Assembly (NCBI GenBank): GCA_964476125.1
Contig: CAYZAE010000012.1
Span: 996-64,995 of the forward strand
DNA length: 64,000 nucleotides
Direction of reading: 5' to 3'
From: an uncultured Verrucomicrobiota bacterium
Lineage (GTDB): Bacteria > Verrucomicrobiota > Verrucomicrobiia > Limisphaerales > CAIMTB01
Every line of letters starts with the position of its first letter. Within the stretch, counting starts at the first letter, position 1. The notes under the pieces are model-generated. The model was not told where the DNA came from. It saw nothing but the letters and a program-made list of their open reading frames with translations, and made no database searches. This document shows positions 40,120 through 50,099 of the stretch, piece after piece. Made by a program: the position numbers and the translations under genes.

Positions 40120-41574
40120 ATGTCGGACGGCTTGCTTGGCGGGGTCAGTCTCCTGGTTCTCGACGACGAGGCGTTGTGGCGTCGTCGGTTGGTGGCTTAC
40201 CTGGAACGCGCCGGGGCCGACGTGACGGCCGTGGGCGACCTGGCCTCGGCACGTCGGGCGTTCGAGTCGGGTTCCTTCGATCTGGCCCTGTTGGATGTGC
40301 ATCTTCCGGACGGACTGGGCACGGACTTGCTGACCTCGGGGACAATTCCGCCGACCACAGCCGTGGTGGTGATGACCGCGGAAGGCGGTGTTTCCGGGGC
40401 GGTGGAAGCCATGCGCCAGGGAGCACAGGATTATCTCACCAAGCCGTTCGAACCCGAGGAACTTCCCCTCGTCTTCCAGCGCATCCGCCGACGCCGCGAG
40501 AGCCAGCGCATCGAGGAACACCGGCGCGAGGATGAACTCCCGCGCGAGGACGAGTTCGTCTTTGGTTCAGCGCTGGCCGGTCTGCGGTCGCAGTTGGACC
40601 GTATCCTGGCGGCGGACCGCCGCATGCAGACGGATCTGGCGCCGGTGCTGATCCATGGGGAGACCGGGACGGGCAAGACGAGCATCGCACGCTGGCTGCA
40701 TGCCCGGGGGCCGCGCGGCGAGCAGCCGATGGTGGAGGTGAACTGTTCAGCCCTGCCGGAGACGCTGGCCGAGGCGGAGTTGTTCGGACACGAACGCGGG
40801 GCGTTCACCGATGCCCGGGCGGCGCGCATGGGATTGTTCGAGGCAGCGCGGGGAGGGACGTTGTTTCTGGATGAGCTGGGGAGCCTCTCCCTTCCGATCC
40901 AGGCCAAGGTCCTGACCGCCATCGAGGATCGTAAAATCCGGAGGTTGGGCGGCAACAAACCAATCGCCGTGGATGCCCGGGTCATTGCGGCGTCGAACCG
41001 GGACTTACGGGAGATGGTCGCCAAGGGGCAATTTCGCGAGGACCTCTTTCATCGTCTGGATCTCTTCCGACTGACGCTGCCACCGCTAAGGGAACGCCCG
41101 CAGGACATCGTGCCCCTTGCGGAAGCGTTGATGCGCCGGGCGGGTCGACGCCATCGCCTTCAGGCGAGGGAGATTTCGCAGGAGGGCTGCCGCCGGCTCA
41201 CGGAGCATGCCTGGCCCGGGAATGTCCGTGAACTCGCGCACGAACTGGAGCGGGCGCTGGTGTTTGAGGAGGGGCTCTTGCAGTTCACCGCGCTGGCGGG
41301 GGTTGCAGAAGCGCGACCGGTCGGCAGTGCGTCCAACCCGCTTCCGGGGAAGGGTGCGGTACCCCCGGCCTCCGAATGGTTTAATCCGGCATTTCGATTT
41401 CCGGACCAGGGCTTCTCCCTGGAGTCGGCCATCGACCGCCTGGTCCGTCAGGCGGTCGATCAGAGCGGTGGGAATGTGTCGGCCGCCGCCCGGTTGCTGG
41501 GGGTCTCGCGGGATGTGGTGCGCTATCGCATGGAGGGCATGGCGGCCCGACCTGACGAACCCGCCAAAAGTTGA
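40120..41574 (+). CDS. Sigma-54-dependent Fis-family response regulator (NtrC-type enhancer-binding protein)
   Basis: Receiver domain (LLVLDDE...DLALLDVHLPDG). AAA+ sigma54-interaction domain (GETGTGKT, GAFTDA = GAFTGA variant, LFLDELG). C-terminal HTH (NVSAAARLLGVSRDVVRYRM). Confidence 0.92.
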   Translation: MSDGLLGGVSLLVLDDEALWRRRLVAYLERAGADVTAVGDLASARRAFESGSFDLALLDVHLPDGLGTDLLTSGTIPPTTAVVVMTAEGGVSGAVEAMRQGAQDYLTKPFEPEELPLVFQRIRRRRESQRIEEHRREDELPREDEFVFGSALAGLRSQLDRILAADRRMQTDLAPVLIHGETGTGKTSIARWLHARGPRGEQPMVEVNCSALPETLAEAELFGHERGAFTDARAARMGLFEAARGGTLFLDELGSLSLPIQAKVLTAIEDRKIRRLGGNKPIAVDARVIAASNRDLREMVAKGQFREDLFHRLDLFRLTLPPLRERPQDIVPLAEALMRRAGRRHRLQAREISQEGCRRLTEHAWPGNVRELAHELERALVFEEGLLQFTALAGVAEARPVGSASNPLPGKGAVPPASEWFNPAFRFPDQGFSLESAIDRLVRQAVDQSGGNVSAAARLLGVSRDVVRYRMEGMAARPDEPAKS

Positions 41575-41700
41575 CCAGCATCTGGAGGTACAGGAAGTCG
41601 GTGCCGGCACCACCTCCGGCCACTTTCTTTGATCCCTGCGGGATCAGGCTTGGGACGGCCCAACCCCTCTGGCCCGGGGAATGCTTCTCTGGAACTGCTG

Positions 41701-42675
41701 ATGAATGATGAACAGCAATCATGGAAACGATCGCCCCTGGACAGCCGGCAACTGCGCGCTTTCGCGACGTTGGCGCGAACGGCCAGCTTTACGGCCGCGG
41801 GCCGCGAACTGTTTCTGTCCCAATCCGCGATCAGCCATTCGATGCGGGCCTTGGAAGAGGACGTGGGTTGTCGCCTTTTTGACAGGGTGGGTAAAAAGGT
41901 CAGTCTGACCTTGGCCGGGGAGCAGTTGCTCCAGCACGCCGAGAAAATTCTCGGTGAAATGGATCAGGCCCGGGAATCCCTGGGGCACCTGGGCAAGTGG
42001 GGGCGCGGGCGACTGCGGATCGGGGCCAGCACGACGGTTTGCACGTACATCCTGCCGACCGTGTTACGGGAGTTCAAAGAGAGCTTCGCGCACTACGCGA
42101 TCACCATCGTGCCGGCGGACACGGCGCAGATGCTGAACCTGCTCCATGGCGGCCGGGTGGATCTGGCGCTGGCGCTGGAGCCGAAGCCCGAGGAGAAGCT
42201 GGTGTTCGAACCACTGTTCGAGGACGAACTCGCCTTCCTGCTCAGTCCGCGTCATCCGTGGGCGGTCGCCGGGGAGATCGACCGACGTGAGGTGCCGACC
42301 CAGAACTACATTCTCTACGATCGGAACAGTTACACGTTCCGCCTGGTGGAGGAGTACTTCCGGCGCGAGAAACTGGTGCTCAACACCTTCTGTGAATTGG
42401 GCAGCATGGAGGCCATCAAGGAGTTGGTGAAACTGGACCTTGGCATCAGCGTCCTGGCGCCGTGGATTGCCCGTGAAGAACTGCAGGCGGGCACGCTGGT
42501 GGCGCTGCCGCTCGGCAAACGGAAACTTCGCCGCCAATGGGGCATCGCCCGCTGGCGCTCCCGGACCCTGAATCTCGCCGAGGAAACGTTCGTGCGCCTT
42601 TGCCGGGATGTGACCGAGCAGATGACCCGCGAGACCGCCCATTGGACCGAAGAACGACGCACCAGCGCGGGTTGA
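41701..42675 (+). CDS. LysR family transcriptional regulator
   Basis: Start MNDEQQSW. HTH LRAFATLARTASFTAAGRELFLSQSAISHSMRALEEDVGCRLFDR, plus a LysR substrate-binding domain. Confidence 0.92.
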   Translation: MNDEQQSWKRSPLDSRQLRAFATLARTASFTAAGRELFLSQSAISHSMRALEEDVGCRLFDRVGKKVSLTLAGEQLLQHAEKILGEMDQARESLGHLGKWGRGRLRIGASTTVCTYILPTVLREFKESFAHYAITIVPADTAQMLNLLHGGRVDLALALEPKPEEKLVFEPLFEDELAFLLSPRHPWAVAGEIDRREVPTQNYILYDRNSYTFRLVEEYFRREKLVLNTFCELGSMEAIKELVKLDLGISVLAPWIAREELQAGTLVALPLGKRKLRRQWGIARWRSRTLNLAEETFVRLCRDVTEQMTRETAHWTEERRTSAG

Positions 42676-42902
42676 GGGCAATCCCATCCGAATTCTGTCC
42701 TTCAGCCCGGGGTTGGACCGTATCCACGCGGACCTACCCCGGGGGCCCCGGCACGCCCTACGCTGGAAAACCACATCCCCGTTCCTTGCTGGTCGGTTCG
42801 GCCCCCCGTGGTTTTTGTGCGGATCGTCCAGATATCGTGCCAAACTCCGCCCCTGACACACCGCCTCAAGTTGTGCTCAGGTTCTGGAAAACCGCGATCC
42901 GC

Positions 42903-43568
42903 ATGATCCCTTATCCCACGCTGAGACTCGCCCTCGGCCTCCTGTTCGGTGCTCTCCGCCCGATCCAAGCGGCGGTGCCCTCCGACTACCAGGGCACGCC
43001 TTTCACGGACACAATCCACAAGTCCGGCCCTCCCAACATCCCCGGCGTGGTGCAATGCGCCCTGTACGATCTCGGGGGCGAAGGGATCGCGTATCACGAC
43101 AGCGACGCCCTCAACAACGGCAGCGGCAAGCTGAACCTCGAGGTTGGCCATCAGCGCGCCCACGCCAGTGAGTACGTCTGGCACTTCAGGAAGGATGAGG
43201 GCGTAGACTTGTCATTCGTGAAAGACTGGGCCGACCTGAACCACACCAACCTGGTCGCGCCACACATCAACCAGTTCTACATCGGGTGGACCGAAAACGA
43301 GGAGTGGTGCAACTACACCGTCCACGTCACCCGCCCGGGCACCTATAGGATCCGCTGCCTGTATGCGTTCCAAGCCAACACGGTGAAGTTCGAACTAAAC
43401 GGCAAACCCGCGGCCGAGTGTCACCTCCCGGTGGCCACCAAGAATTATCACCACTGGAACCTCGCCGAGATCGGCACCATTACCTTTCCCACCGCGGGAC
43501 TCCAGGTCCTCACCTTCCACTACGGCAAGGGAAACAACTTCGCCTACTTCGTTTTCGAACCTCGATAG
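42903..43568 (+). CDS. Secreted carbohydrate-binding (CBM6-like) protein
   Basis: Start MIPYPTLRLALGLLFGA (signal peptide). YDLGGEGIAYHDSD, GWTENEEWCNYTV, GTYRIRCLYA and LQVLTFHYG resemble the CBM6 sandwich pattern. Confidence 0.7.
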   Translation: MIPYPTLRLALGLLFGALRPIQAAVPSDYQGTPFTDTIHKSGPPNIPGVVQCALYDLGGEGIAYHDSDALNNGSGKLNLEVGHQRAHASEYVWHFRKDEGVDLSFVKDWADLNHTNLVAPHINQFYIGWTENEEWCNYTVHVTRPGTYRIRCLYAFQANTVKFELNGKPAAECHLPVATKNYHHWNLAEIGTITFPTAGLQVLTFHYGKGNNFAYFVFEPR

Positions 43569-43581
43569 TCCGCCGCGCATC

Positions 43582-43970
43582 ATGAATGCCGCGGACACCG
43601 CAGCTCCTTCGTCACCGCGTCTCACCGTTCTTCTCAAGGGCCTCTACCCATCCCAGATCGCTGACGCCACCGCCCGACGCCTGGAGGATGTGCTCGCCAA
43701 GCACCGCGAAGAACTGGCGTCGTCCCGTTTGGCACCGACGTTGTCCGAACGGGACGTCCTGCTGATCGCTTGCGCCGACCACGTCCAGGCCGCTGGCGAA
43801 TCTCCCCTGCGAACGCTCGCCAGGTTCTGCGAACAACGGCTGTCACCTCTGATCAGGGGGGGTCATCTCCTGCCGTTTATCCCTGGACCTCCGACGATTG
43901 TTTCTCGGTGAAGGACTACTTTGCCGTCGCTCCCGAATACGGAACGTGGTCCGACGTCGCGGCGTTCCGG
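43582..43970 (+). pseudogene. 5' fragment of a sucrose-phosphorylase-like (GH13_18) sugar phosphorylase gene, frameshifted and truncated
   Basis: ORF 43582..43911 ends ...GGHLLPFIPG. The expected continuation YPWTSDDCFSVKDYFAVAPEYGTWSDVAAF is in another frame (ORF 43770..). This implies a 1-nt loss near 43885. Similarity stops near 43970 with no catalytic domain following. Confidence 0.6.
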
Positions 43971-44198
43971 CCGACTCTGTCCTTTGGCTGGCGGGCAACG
44001 GACCGCTTCCGGTGCGGCTTGCGATCGAGGGCGGTTCCCGCTGACCCCAGGTCGCCGATGCTTCCAGCTGGCCAGACCGTATGCGATTCGGAGTGGGTCG
44101 CTGTCGACGGCAAGCGGGTGATCAAGGAGGGCAAGAATCAACAATTTAGAAACGACCCTATTGGAACAATCATTGTGTTCCTTCGGTGGAAATCATTT

Positions 44199-45245
44199 TC
44201 AAAAAGCAGCGATGCGTTGGATGACCCAGAACATGGCCAGGCCGCCGATGGCGTAGGGCGGTGTGAGCTGCGCCCAGCGCGGAGCGGGGAGTTTCACACG
44301 GACCGCCAAGGCGATAAGCGAAAGCACGACTCCGATGAAGAGGAGGTGTCCCGCTTCCACGCCGATGCTGAAGAACAACAATGCCGTGGGAATATGTCCG
44401 TCCGGCAAACCGGCTTCGCTCAACCCGCTGGCAAAACCCAGGCCATGCATCAGTCCGAAGCTGAACGCCACAATCCACGGGGCGCGCGCCGTGAGTCCCG
44501 CGCGGCCCTGCCGGCCATGCACAATTTCCGACGCCACAAACACGATGCTCAAGGCGATGACGGCCTCGACCGGCGCTTGCGGAACGCGGATGTAACCCAG
44601 CGCTGCCAGCGTGAGGGTGATGCTGTGCGAGATGGTGAACGCGGTGACGGTCTTCAGGAGCGTCCAGTGCCGCGTGTCGAGGGACAGATTGAAGGCGCGG
44701 AGCTTTGTGATGCGTCCCTTGGCACCCGTTCCCAGACAAATGAGGAGCAACGCGAGGATGAATAGCAGGTGGTCAATGCCCGAGAGGATGTGCTCGATCC
44801 CCAGCACGGTGTAAGTCCGCGCCACCTCCAGCGCGCGCGGCGCGGCTGCGACTACGAATGACGGGGCGGACGGCGTGAGGCGGGTGACTTGCGTGGTGCC
44901 GTCGAGACGTTCCAAACGCACCAGCACATCGGTCATCGTCGAAGCCAGACCAGCGATGTGGACTGTGCCGCCGGTCAATCCGCCCGCGCACTTCACAGTC
45001 CAGCGTTCGGTAAAGGCGTTGTTGACCATCGTCGCGCGCGGCTCGGTGACATTCGTGCAGCCCGCCGGAAGTTCCACGTAAAGTCCGAGGCGCAAATTTT
45101 CGCCGCGACCCGGCACCTTCCACAGTGCGGCGTAAGTGTCCGGTGCGGTCTGGCGCAACTCGAGATACGCGGGTCGCACCTCATGCGCGGACGCGCTGCG
45201 GACAAGGGTCGCGAGCAGAACCAGGAGGAGGAGCGCGCGTTTCAT
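44199..45245 (-). CDS. HupE/UreJ family membrane protein with N-terminal periplasmic extension
   Basis: Start MKRALLLLVLLATLVRSASA. C-terminal half GIEHILSGIDHLLFILALLL...ISHSITLTLAALG...FGLMHGLGFA...GVEAGHLLFI is the HupE/UreJ pattern. Confidence 0.85.
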   Translation of the reverse strand: MKRALLLLVLLATLVRSASAHEVRPAYLELRQTAPDTYAALWKVPGRGENLRLGLYVELPAGCTNVTEPRATMVNNAFTERWTVKCAGGLTGGTVHIAGLASTMTDVLVRLERLDGTTQVTRLTPSAPSFVVAAAPRALEVARTYTVLGIEHILSGIDHLLFILALLLICLGTGAKGRITKLRAFNLSLDTRHWTLLKTVTAFTISHSITLTLAALGYIRVPQAPVEAVIALSIVFVASEIVHGRQGRAGLTARAPWIVAFSFGLMHGLGFASGLSEAGLPDGHIPTALLFFSIGVEAGHLLFIGVVLSLIALAVRVKLPAPRWAQLTPPYAIGGLAMFWVIQRIAAF

Positions 45246-46117
45246 TTCGCCTCCGCAAGTTTCTTCGGCCCCTTCGCCGGCTCCAAGCCATCGATGGTCA
45301 CGTTGTAGCGTTTCAACAGTTCCGAATAGAACTTTGCATTCGTTTCCAGCCGCCGCGCGTTCGCCCACTCGCGACGCACCGTGTCGCGCACATCCGCCAG
45401 CTCGGGCTGGCGGCCTTCCGTGCGTTCGCTGACCAACACCAGATGAACACCGTAGCCGGACTCAATCGGTCCCTGCCATTGGCCGGGCTTCACCCCACGC
45501 AACGTCGCCGCGAATTCTTCGCCGAACTGTTTCGCGATTTCTCCCGCCGGCATGGATTGGAACGCGTGTTCGAGCAAAAACGAATCGCCCAACGCTGCAC
45601 CGTCGGTCTTGCCGCCGGCCTGCTGCAACTGCGCCAGCAGTTGCGCGGTATCGCGCGCGAGGTTGTCGCCGTGCTTGGCGGGATTGAGATACACTTGGTT
45701 GAAGGTGAACCGCGGCTCGACGTGAAACGAATCGGGGTGCGCCTGCAAATAGGCGTTCAAGTCGGCGTCGGTCGGCTCGGTTTGGGCCGCGATGTCTTCG
45801 GACACGAATTCCAGTTTTTGCCGCAAGCGTCGGCGGATGACTGTGTCATCCTTGTCCAATCCCAGCGCGATGGCTTCACGCGTCGCGATTTCCTCGCGCA
45901 CCCAGTCGTCCACCAGGCCTTTGAGTTCCTCGTGCGTGGGCGGCCTCTGCCAGGTCCTCGCGAAGCCCGCCGCCAGATGCTCGACGTGCCCTTCGGTCAC
46001 GACGAACTTCCCCGGCTCACGGTGGCTGCCGGGTTTGGTCATCCATCCATAGGCGATGAACAGGCCCGCCCCCAGGAGGAGGAAGTGGAACAATGGTTCC
46101 TTCAGAATTCGTTTCAT
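45242..46117 (-). CDS. Parvulin/PpiC-type peptidyl-prolyl isomerase-like protein (membrane anchored)
   Basis: Start MKRILKEPLFHFLLLGAGLFIAY (TM anchor). C-terminal GQWQGPIESGYGVHLVLV resembles the rotamase core. 4-nt overlap with the HupE start. Confidence 0.7.
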   Translation of the reverse strand: MKRILKEPLFHFLLLGAGLFIAYGWMTKPGSHREPGKFVVTEGHVEHLAAGFARTWQRPPTHEELKGLVDDWVREEIATREAIALGLDKDDTVIRRRLRQKLEFVSEDIAAQTEPTDADLNAYLQAHPDSFHVEPRFTFNQVYLNPAKHGDNLARDTAQLLAQLQQAGGKTDGAALGDSFLLEHAFQSMPAGEIAKQFGEEFAATLRGVKPGQWQGPIESGYGVHLVLVSERTEGRQPELADVRDTVRREWANARRLETNAKFYSELLKRYNVTIDGLEPAKGPKKLAEAK

Positions 46118-46190
46118 CTCCGTCGTCTGATTATTCGCCGGTGAAATCGCGGACCGCCCACTCGGGCAGCCCGAGTGTTTCACAATCGAG

Positions 46191-48101
46191 TCACTTCCCT
46201 GGGTTATACCAAATCGGCGAGGTGTAGGCGCGCTCCTGGGTCGTCATCGGGACTTCCGGCGGCATTTTGATGCCGAAGCGAAGCGCCTCGTAAGCGGTCC
46301 AGCGCGGCGTGGGGATCTCGATGACGCGGGCGTAGTAAAACGCGGGTTGCTCCGCATCGAACTCCGGGTCCGTCCACGTGGCGGCGAGTTCCGGTGATCC
46401 AATGGTGTTTTTCCAGGTCGCTTTCGCAACGTCTACCGTGTTGCCGACCGCAGGAATTCTTCCATCCGCGCCGCGCTTGCGGTCACCGCTCCAGACGACG
46501 TCGTAAACCTTCTCGTGAGTCTTGCCACTCGTGTCGAGCCAGCCTTTGACGATCTGGATGCGATCGAGGTTGCCGCTGTAGGAATCCTTCAGCGCGGCGA
46601 CGAGGAAGTTCGGAGCCTTGCCGACTTCGCCCTTGCGCAAATCGCCGCCCATTGGCACGCCCTTCGCATAGCCGACGCCAGCAGGAAGTCGCGACTGCGC
46701 GTCGTCCGCAGTGAAATCCCAACCGCCGAAGAAGCGGACCACCATGCGCGGACCGGTGGTGGCATACGTTTCCTTGCGCTTCATCGCGTCGAAGATGGCC
46801 TCGCGCGTGTTCTCCGTCGCCCAGACACCGGCATAACCGGCGGCGGCCTGCTGCCAGCCTTTGATGGTGAATTTCGGATCGGGCGCTTCGATGACGACAT
46901 GCTCCCAACGGTGCGGTCCAGGCTCTACTCCCGAGTGCTTGCCAAAGAAGTTGTCCTCCTCAACCGCCGCCATGGCGGTGTGCGCGTCGGTGCCGGAAAC
47001 CATGCCGAACTTGAATGGGTTCACGCCGAGTATCCGCTCCATGAGCAGGCCATTCTTGAGGGCCTCGCGCGTGTATTCGTATTGCAGCATTCCTGGCTTC
47101 TTGGCCTCGGTGCCGTTGAGGTTGGACTTGTCCCACTTCTCATAGTCGGCGAACTCGTCATTCGGTGAGAGCGCGGGATGCGCCTCGCTGTCGCCCTTGA
47201 TCTGGGTGACTTCGACAATCGGCTCGAAGCGCGCGCGCAATAGCGCCAGTTCCTTCGAGTAGGGTTTGCCGTCGAAGGTCTCGACCGAGAACATGCGACC
47301 ATTGCTCAGGTTGCCGTTGTGCGGGATGGCCAGCACCTCGGCTCCAGTCTCTTTTTCGAACGCGGCCAGATGCCTCCAAAGGTCTTCCGGATTCTGACTG
47401 TCGAATTGCGAGTAAGGAACGGTGCGGTTCGCCATACTGGCATTGCCGCGGAAGAGCACGTTGCGGTGCAGATTGTTGCCGCCCATCGTGGTGTATTCGA
47501 AACCGATGATCGCGCTGAAGCGGCCGGGTTCGTTGTATTTGTCCGCCAGCGCGGTGTAAGCCTGCCAGGCATTGCGCACGGCCTTGTCGCTCTTGATCGG
47601 CGCTTCCTTGGTGGACAGCGAGGCCACGATCTCCATGGCGGTAGCAAAGACCTTGTCGTTGTCTCCGCTCTTCAACGCGTCATACCATTTCCTCCCGATT
47701 CGCGTGGCGAGAATTTCAGGGTCACCGCTGAGCAACTGCGGCATCAAACCATACATCTCGGCGTGGTCGGCGATCACCAGAAAGTCCAGCGGCCGGGACA
47801 GCTTGGCCCGCAGTCCGTAAGTGGTGGCGATCTCCTCGCCGCGGGCGAAGCGGAAGGCATCCTCCTGACCGACGCGGCACATCGTGCCTGCATCCACCGA
47901 GATCGCGGTATGCAAATGCGTGTCACCCCACAAAACGCGCGTCGGATAATTCCGCCCGGCATAGGGCGAGAAGTTTGGCCGAGAGATATGCGCCACGTCT
48001 GCCTTCGTGATCCCCTCATGGTTGTCGGCGTCCGCCGCCCAGGTGATGGAGGCGAACGTGCCGACGGCGAGCAGGAGCAAGGTGGGTACTGTTCGTTTCA
48101 T
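46191..48101 (-). CDS. DUF3604 domain protein (PHP-like metal-dependent hydrolase fold), paralog 1
   Basis: 636 aa. Signal peptide present. YPTRVLWGDTHLHTAISVDAG, PLDFLVIADHAE, AIPHNGNLSNG and GTDAHTA are DUF3604 hallmarks as I recall them. Confidence 0.85.
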   Translation of the reverse strand: MKRTVPTLLLLAVGTFASITWAADADNHEGITKADVAHISRPNFSPYAGRNYPTRVLWGDTHLHTAISVDAGTMCRVGQEDAFRFARGEEIATTYGLRAKLSRPLDFLVIADHAEMYGLMPQLLSGDPEILATRIGRKWYDALKSGDNDKVFATAMEIVASLSTKEAPIKSDKAVRNAWQAYTALADKYNEPGRFSAIIGFEYTTMGGNNLHRNVLFRGNASMANRTVPYSQFDSQNPEDLWRHLAAFEKETGAEVLAIPHNGNLSNGRMFSVETFDGKPYSKELALLRARFEPIVEVTQIKGDSEAHPALSPNDEFADYEKWDKSNLNGTEAKKPGMLQYEYTREALKNGLLMERILGVNPFKFGMVSGTDAHTAMAAVEEDNFFGKHSGVEPGPHRWEHVVIEAPDPKFTIKGWQQAAAGYAGVWATENTREAIFDAMKRKETYATTGPRMVVRFFGGWDFTADDAQSRLPAGVGYAKGVPMGGDLRKGEVGKAPNFLVAALKDSYSGNLDRIQIVKGWLDTSGKTHEKVYDVVWSGDRKRGADGRIPAVGNTVDVAKATWKNTIGSPELAATWTDPEFDAEQPAFYYARVIEIPTPRWTAYEALRFGIKMPPEVPMTTQERAYTSPIWYNPGK

Positions 48102-48129
48102 GTTCTTGTTTCCTTTCGTTAATTTTACG

Positions 48130-50061
48130 TCACCTCGCCGGATTGTACCAGATCGGCGAGGTGTAGCCGCGTTCTTGCAGCGTCATGGGCACTTCCTTGG
48201 GCATCGTGATGCCGTAGCGTTTGCATTCGTAGGCGGTCCAGCGCGGCGTCGGGATTTCGATGACGCGGCCGTAGTAGAAGGCCTTGAGCGCGGGATCGAA
48301 GTCCGGGTCCTTCCAGACGGCGATCAACTCGGGCGATCCAATCGTGTTGGTCCAGGTGGCGTTCGAAACGTCCACCGTGTTGCCCACAGCTGGCAGCTTG
48401 CCGTCGGTGCCTGGTTTGCGGTCGCCGGACCACGCCACGTCATAGACCTTCTCGTGCAACTCGCCCTTCGCGTCCATCCAGCCCTTGATGATCTGGTATC
48501 GGTCGAGGTTGCCGCTCAACGGGTCCTTGAGGGCGGCGACGAGAAAGGTGGGCGACTTCCCGGCGGGAGCCTGGTGAAGATCGCCACCCATTGGCACGCC
48601 CTTGGAATATCCCGCTTCCGACGGCATCCGCGTCTGGGCATCCGTGGCGTCAAAGTCCCAGCCGCCGAAGAAGCGCAGCGTCATGCGGGGGCCGGTGGTC
48701 GAGTAAGCCTCTTTGCGCTTGAGCGCGTCCCAAATGGACTCGCGCGTATTCTCCGTCGCCCAGACGCCCGTGTAGCCGGCGGCGGCCATCTGCCAACCGA
48801 CGACATTCACTTGCGGAGTCTTGATGACCGCGTGCTTCCACCGATGAGATGATGGTTCCACACCTGTGTGTTTGCCAAAGAAGTTATCTTCCTCCGCCGT
48901 GGTGAGCCCGGTGTGGGTGTCGGTTCCGCTGACGAAACCGAACTTGAAGGGATTAGCCCCAAGCTTCTCTTCGAGCTTCAGACCTTCCTTGAGCGCCTGC
49001 CGCGCATACTCCCGCTCCAACATGCCGGGCTTCTTCGGAATGCCGGCGAGGTTGGCCTGGTCCCACTTCTCGAAATTGGAGAATTCGTCGGTGGGTGAGA
49101 GGGACGGCTGCGTTTCGCCGTCGCCCTTGATCTGCGTGATCTCATACATCGGCTCCCACTTCGCGCGCGTTTCGGCCCATTCGCGAGTCAGGGGATTGCC
49201 CAGGAACGTGGAGAGCGCGAACATCTTTCCATTGGACAGGTTTCCGTTGTGGGGAATCGCGAGGAGTGACCCGCCTGTTTTAGCCTCCCAAGCCGCCATC
49301 CACTTCCAAAGGTCTTCCGGATTCTCACTGTCGAAGGTCGTCATCGGAATGACCATGTCGGCCAGAACCTTGCCATCCCGGTAAATCACATTGCGATGCA
49401 GGTTGTCGCCGCCACCGGCATTGCTCGTCCACTCGTAGCCGATAAAGGCGGTGAATCGCCGCGGCTCGTTGTATTTCTCCATGATCGCGGTGTTCTTCTG
49501 CCAGATCGACAGAGCCAGCTTGGGATCCTTCATCGCTGCTGGAACCTTGTTGTTCGACTGCGCCGCGATCATCTCGCTTGCCGCCTCCACACCCTTTCCG
49601 CTGGCCATCATGTCGTGCCACTTCTTGATGAGCGGATCGCGCATCAGATTGGGATTCCCGTCCCGGATCTCGAAGATCACGCCAGCGGCATCGGAGTGGT
49701 CGGTGATTGCCACCCAGTCGAGCGGGCGGCTCAACTTCACCGGCTCGCCGAGCGACGACATAATCTGCTCACCGCGCGCGAAACGCACCGCCTCCTCCGG
49801 CCCAAGCGTGCAGCCGAAGGCACCCGCATCGACCGACCAGCCGGTATGCACATGCTGGTCGCCCCACAGGACGCGCGTGGGGTAGTTGCGGTTGGCGTAG
49901 GGAGAGAAGCCCCGCTTCGGGAATGCTTTCGCAGCCGCCTCGACGTTCATCTCTCCCAGGTGTGGGTCGGACACGGGCTTGTTTTGCGCGAATGCCGGCA
50001 GCGAGTACCCCGTCAGCCCTAATCCAAGGCCGAGGGTCACAATCATGCTTTTCGATCTCAT
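48130..50061 (-). CDS. DUF3604 domain protein, paralog 2
   Basis: ATG start MRSKSMIVTLGLGL... inside GTG-started ORF 48130..50094. Collinear with paralog 1 (VLWGDQHVHTGWSVDAG, AITDHSD, AIPHNGNLSNG, GTDTHTG). Confidence 0.85.
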   Translation of the reverse strand: MRSKSMIVTLGLGLGLTGYSLPAFAQNKPVSDPHLGEMNVEAAAKAFPKRGFSPYANRNYPTRVLWGDQHVHTGWSVDAGAFGCTLGPEEAVRFARGEQIMSSLGEPVKLSRPLDWVAITDHSDAAGVIFEIRDGNPNLMRDPLIKKWHDMMASGKGVEAASEMIAAQSNNKVPAAMKDPKLALSIWQKNTAIMEKYNEPRRFTAFIGYEWTSNAGGGDNLHRNVIYRDGKVLADMVIPMTTFDSENPEDLWKWMAAWEAKTGGSLLAIPHNGNLSNGKMFALSTFLGNPLTREWAETRAKWEPMYEITQIKGDGETQPSLSPTDEFSNFEKWDQANLAGIPKKPGMLEREYARQALKEGLKLEEKLGANPFKFGFVSGTDTHTGLTTAEEDNFFGKHTGVEPSSHRWKHAVIKTPQVNVVGWQMAAAGYTGVWATENTRESIWDALKRKEAYSTTGPRMTLRFFGGWDFDATDAQTRMPSEAGYSKGVPMGGDLHQAPAGKSPTFLVAALKDPLSGNLDRYQIIKGWMDAKGELHEKVYDVAWSGDRKPGTDGKLPAVGNTVDVSNATWTNTIGSPELIAVWKDPDFDPALKAFYYGRVIEIPTPRWTAYECKRYGITMPKEVPMTLQERGYTSPIWYNPAR

Positions 50062-50099
50062 CGTTTTGCTTGTTCTCCGTGTTTCCAGAGACACAGAAG

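Noticed and set aside
42745-42790. Sigma54 promoter inside repeat family 1 (GGCACGCCCTACGC, GG-N10-GC spacing), about 140 nt upstream of the CBM gene
   Set aside because: The -12 element lacks the TTGC consensus. The other copies of the repeat are not followed by genes in the right orientation, so the match most likely belongs to the repeat consensus.
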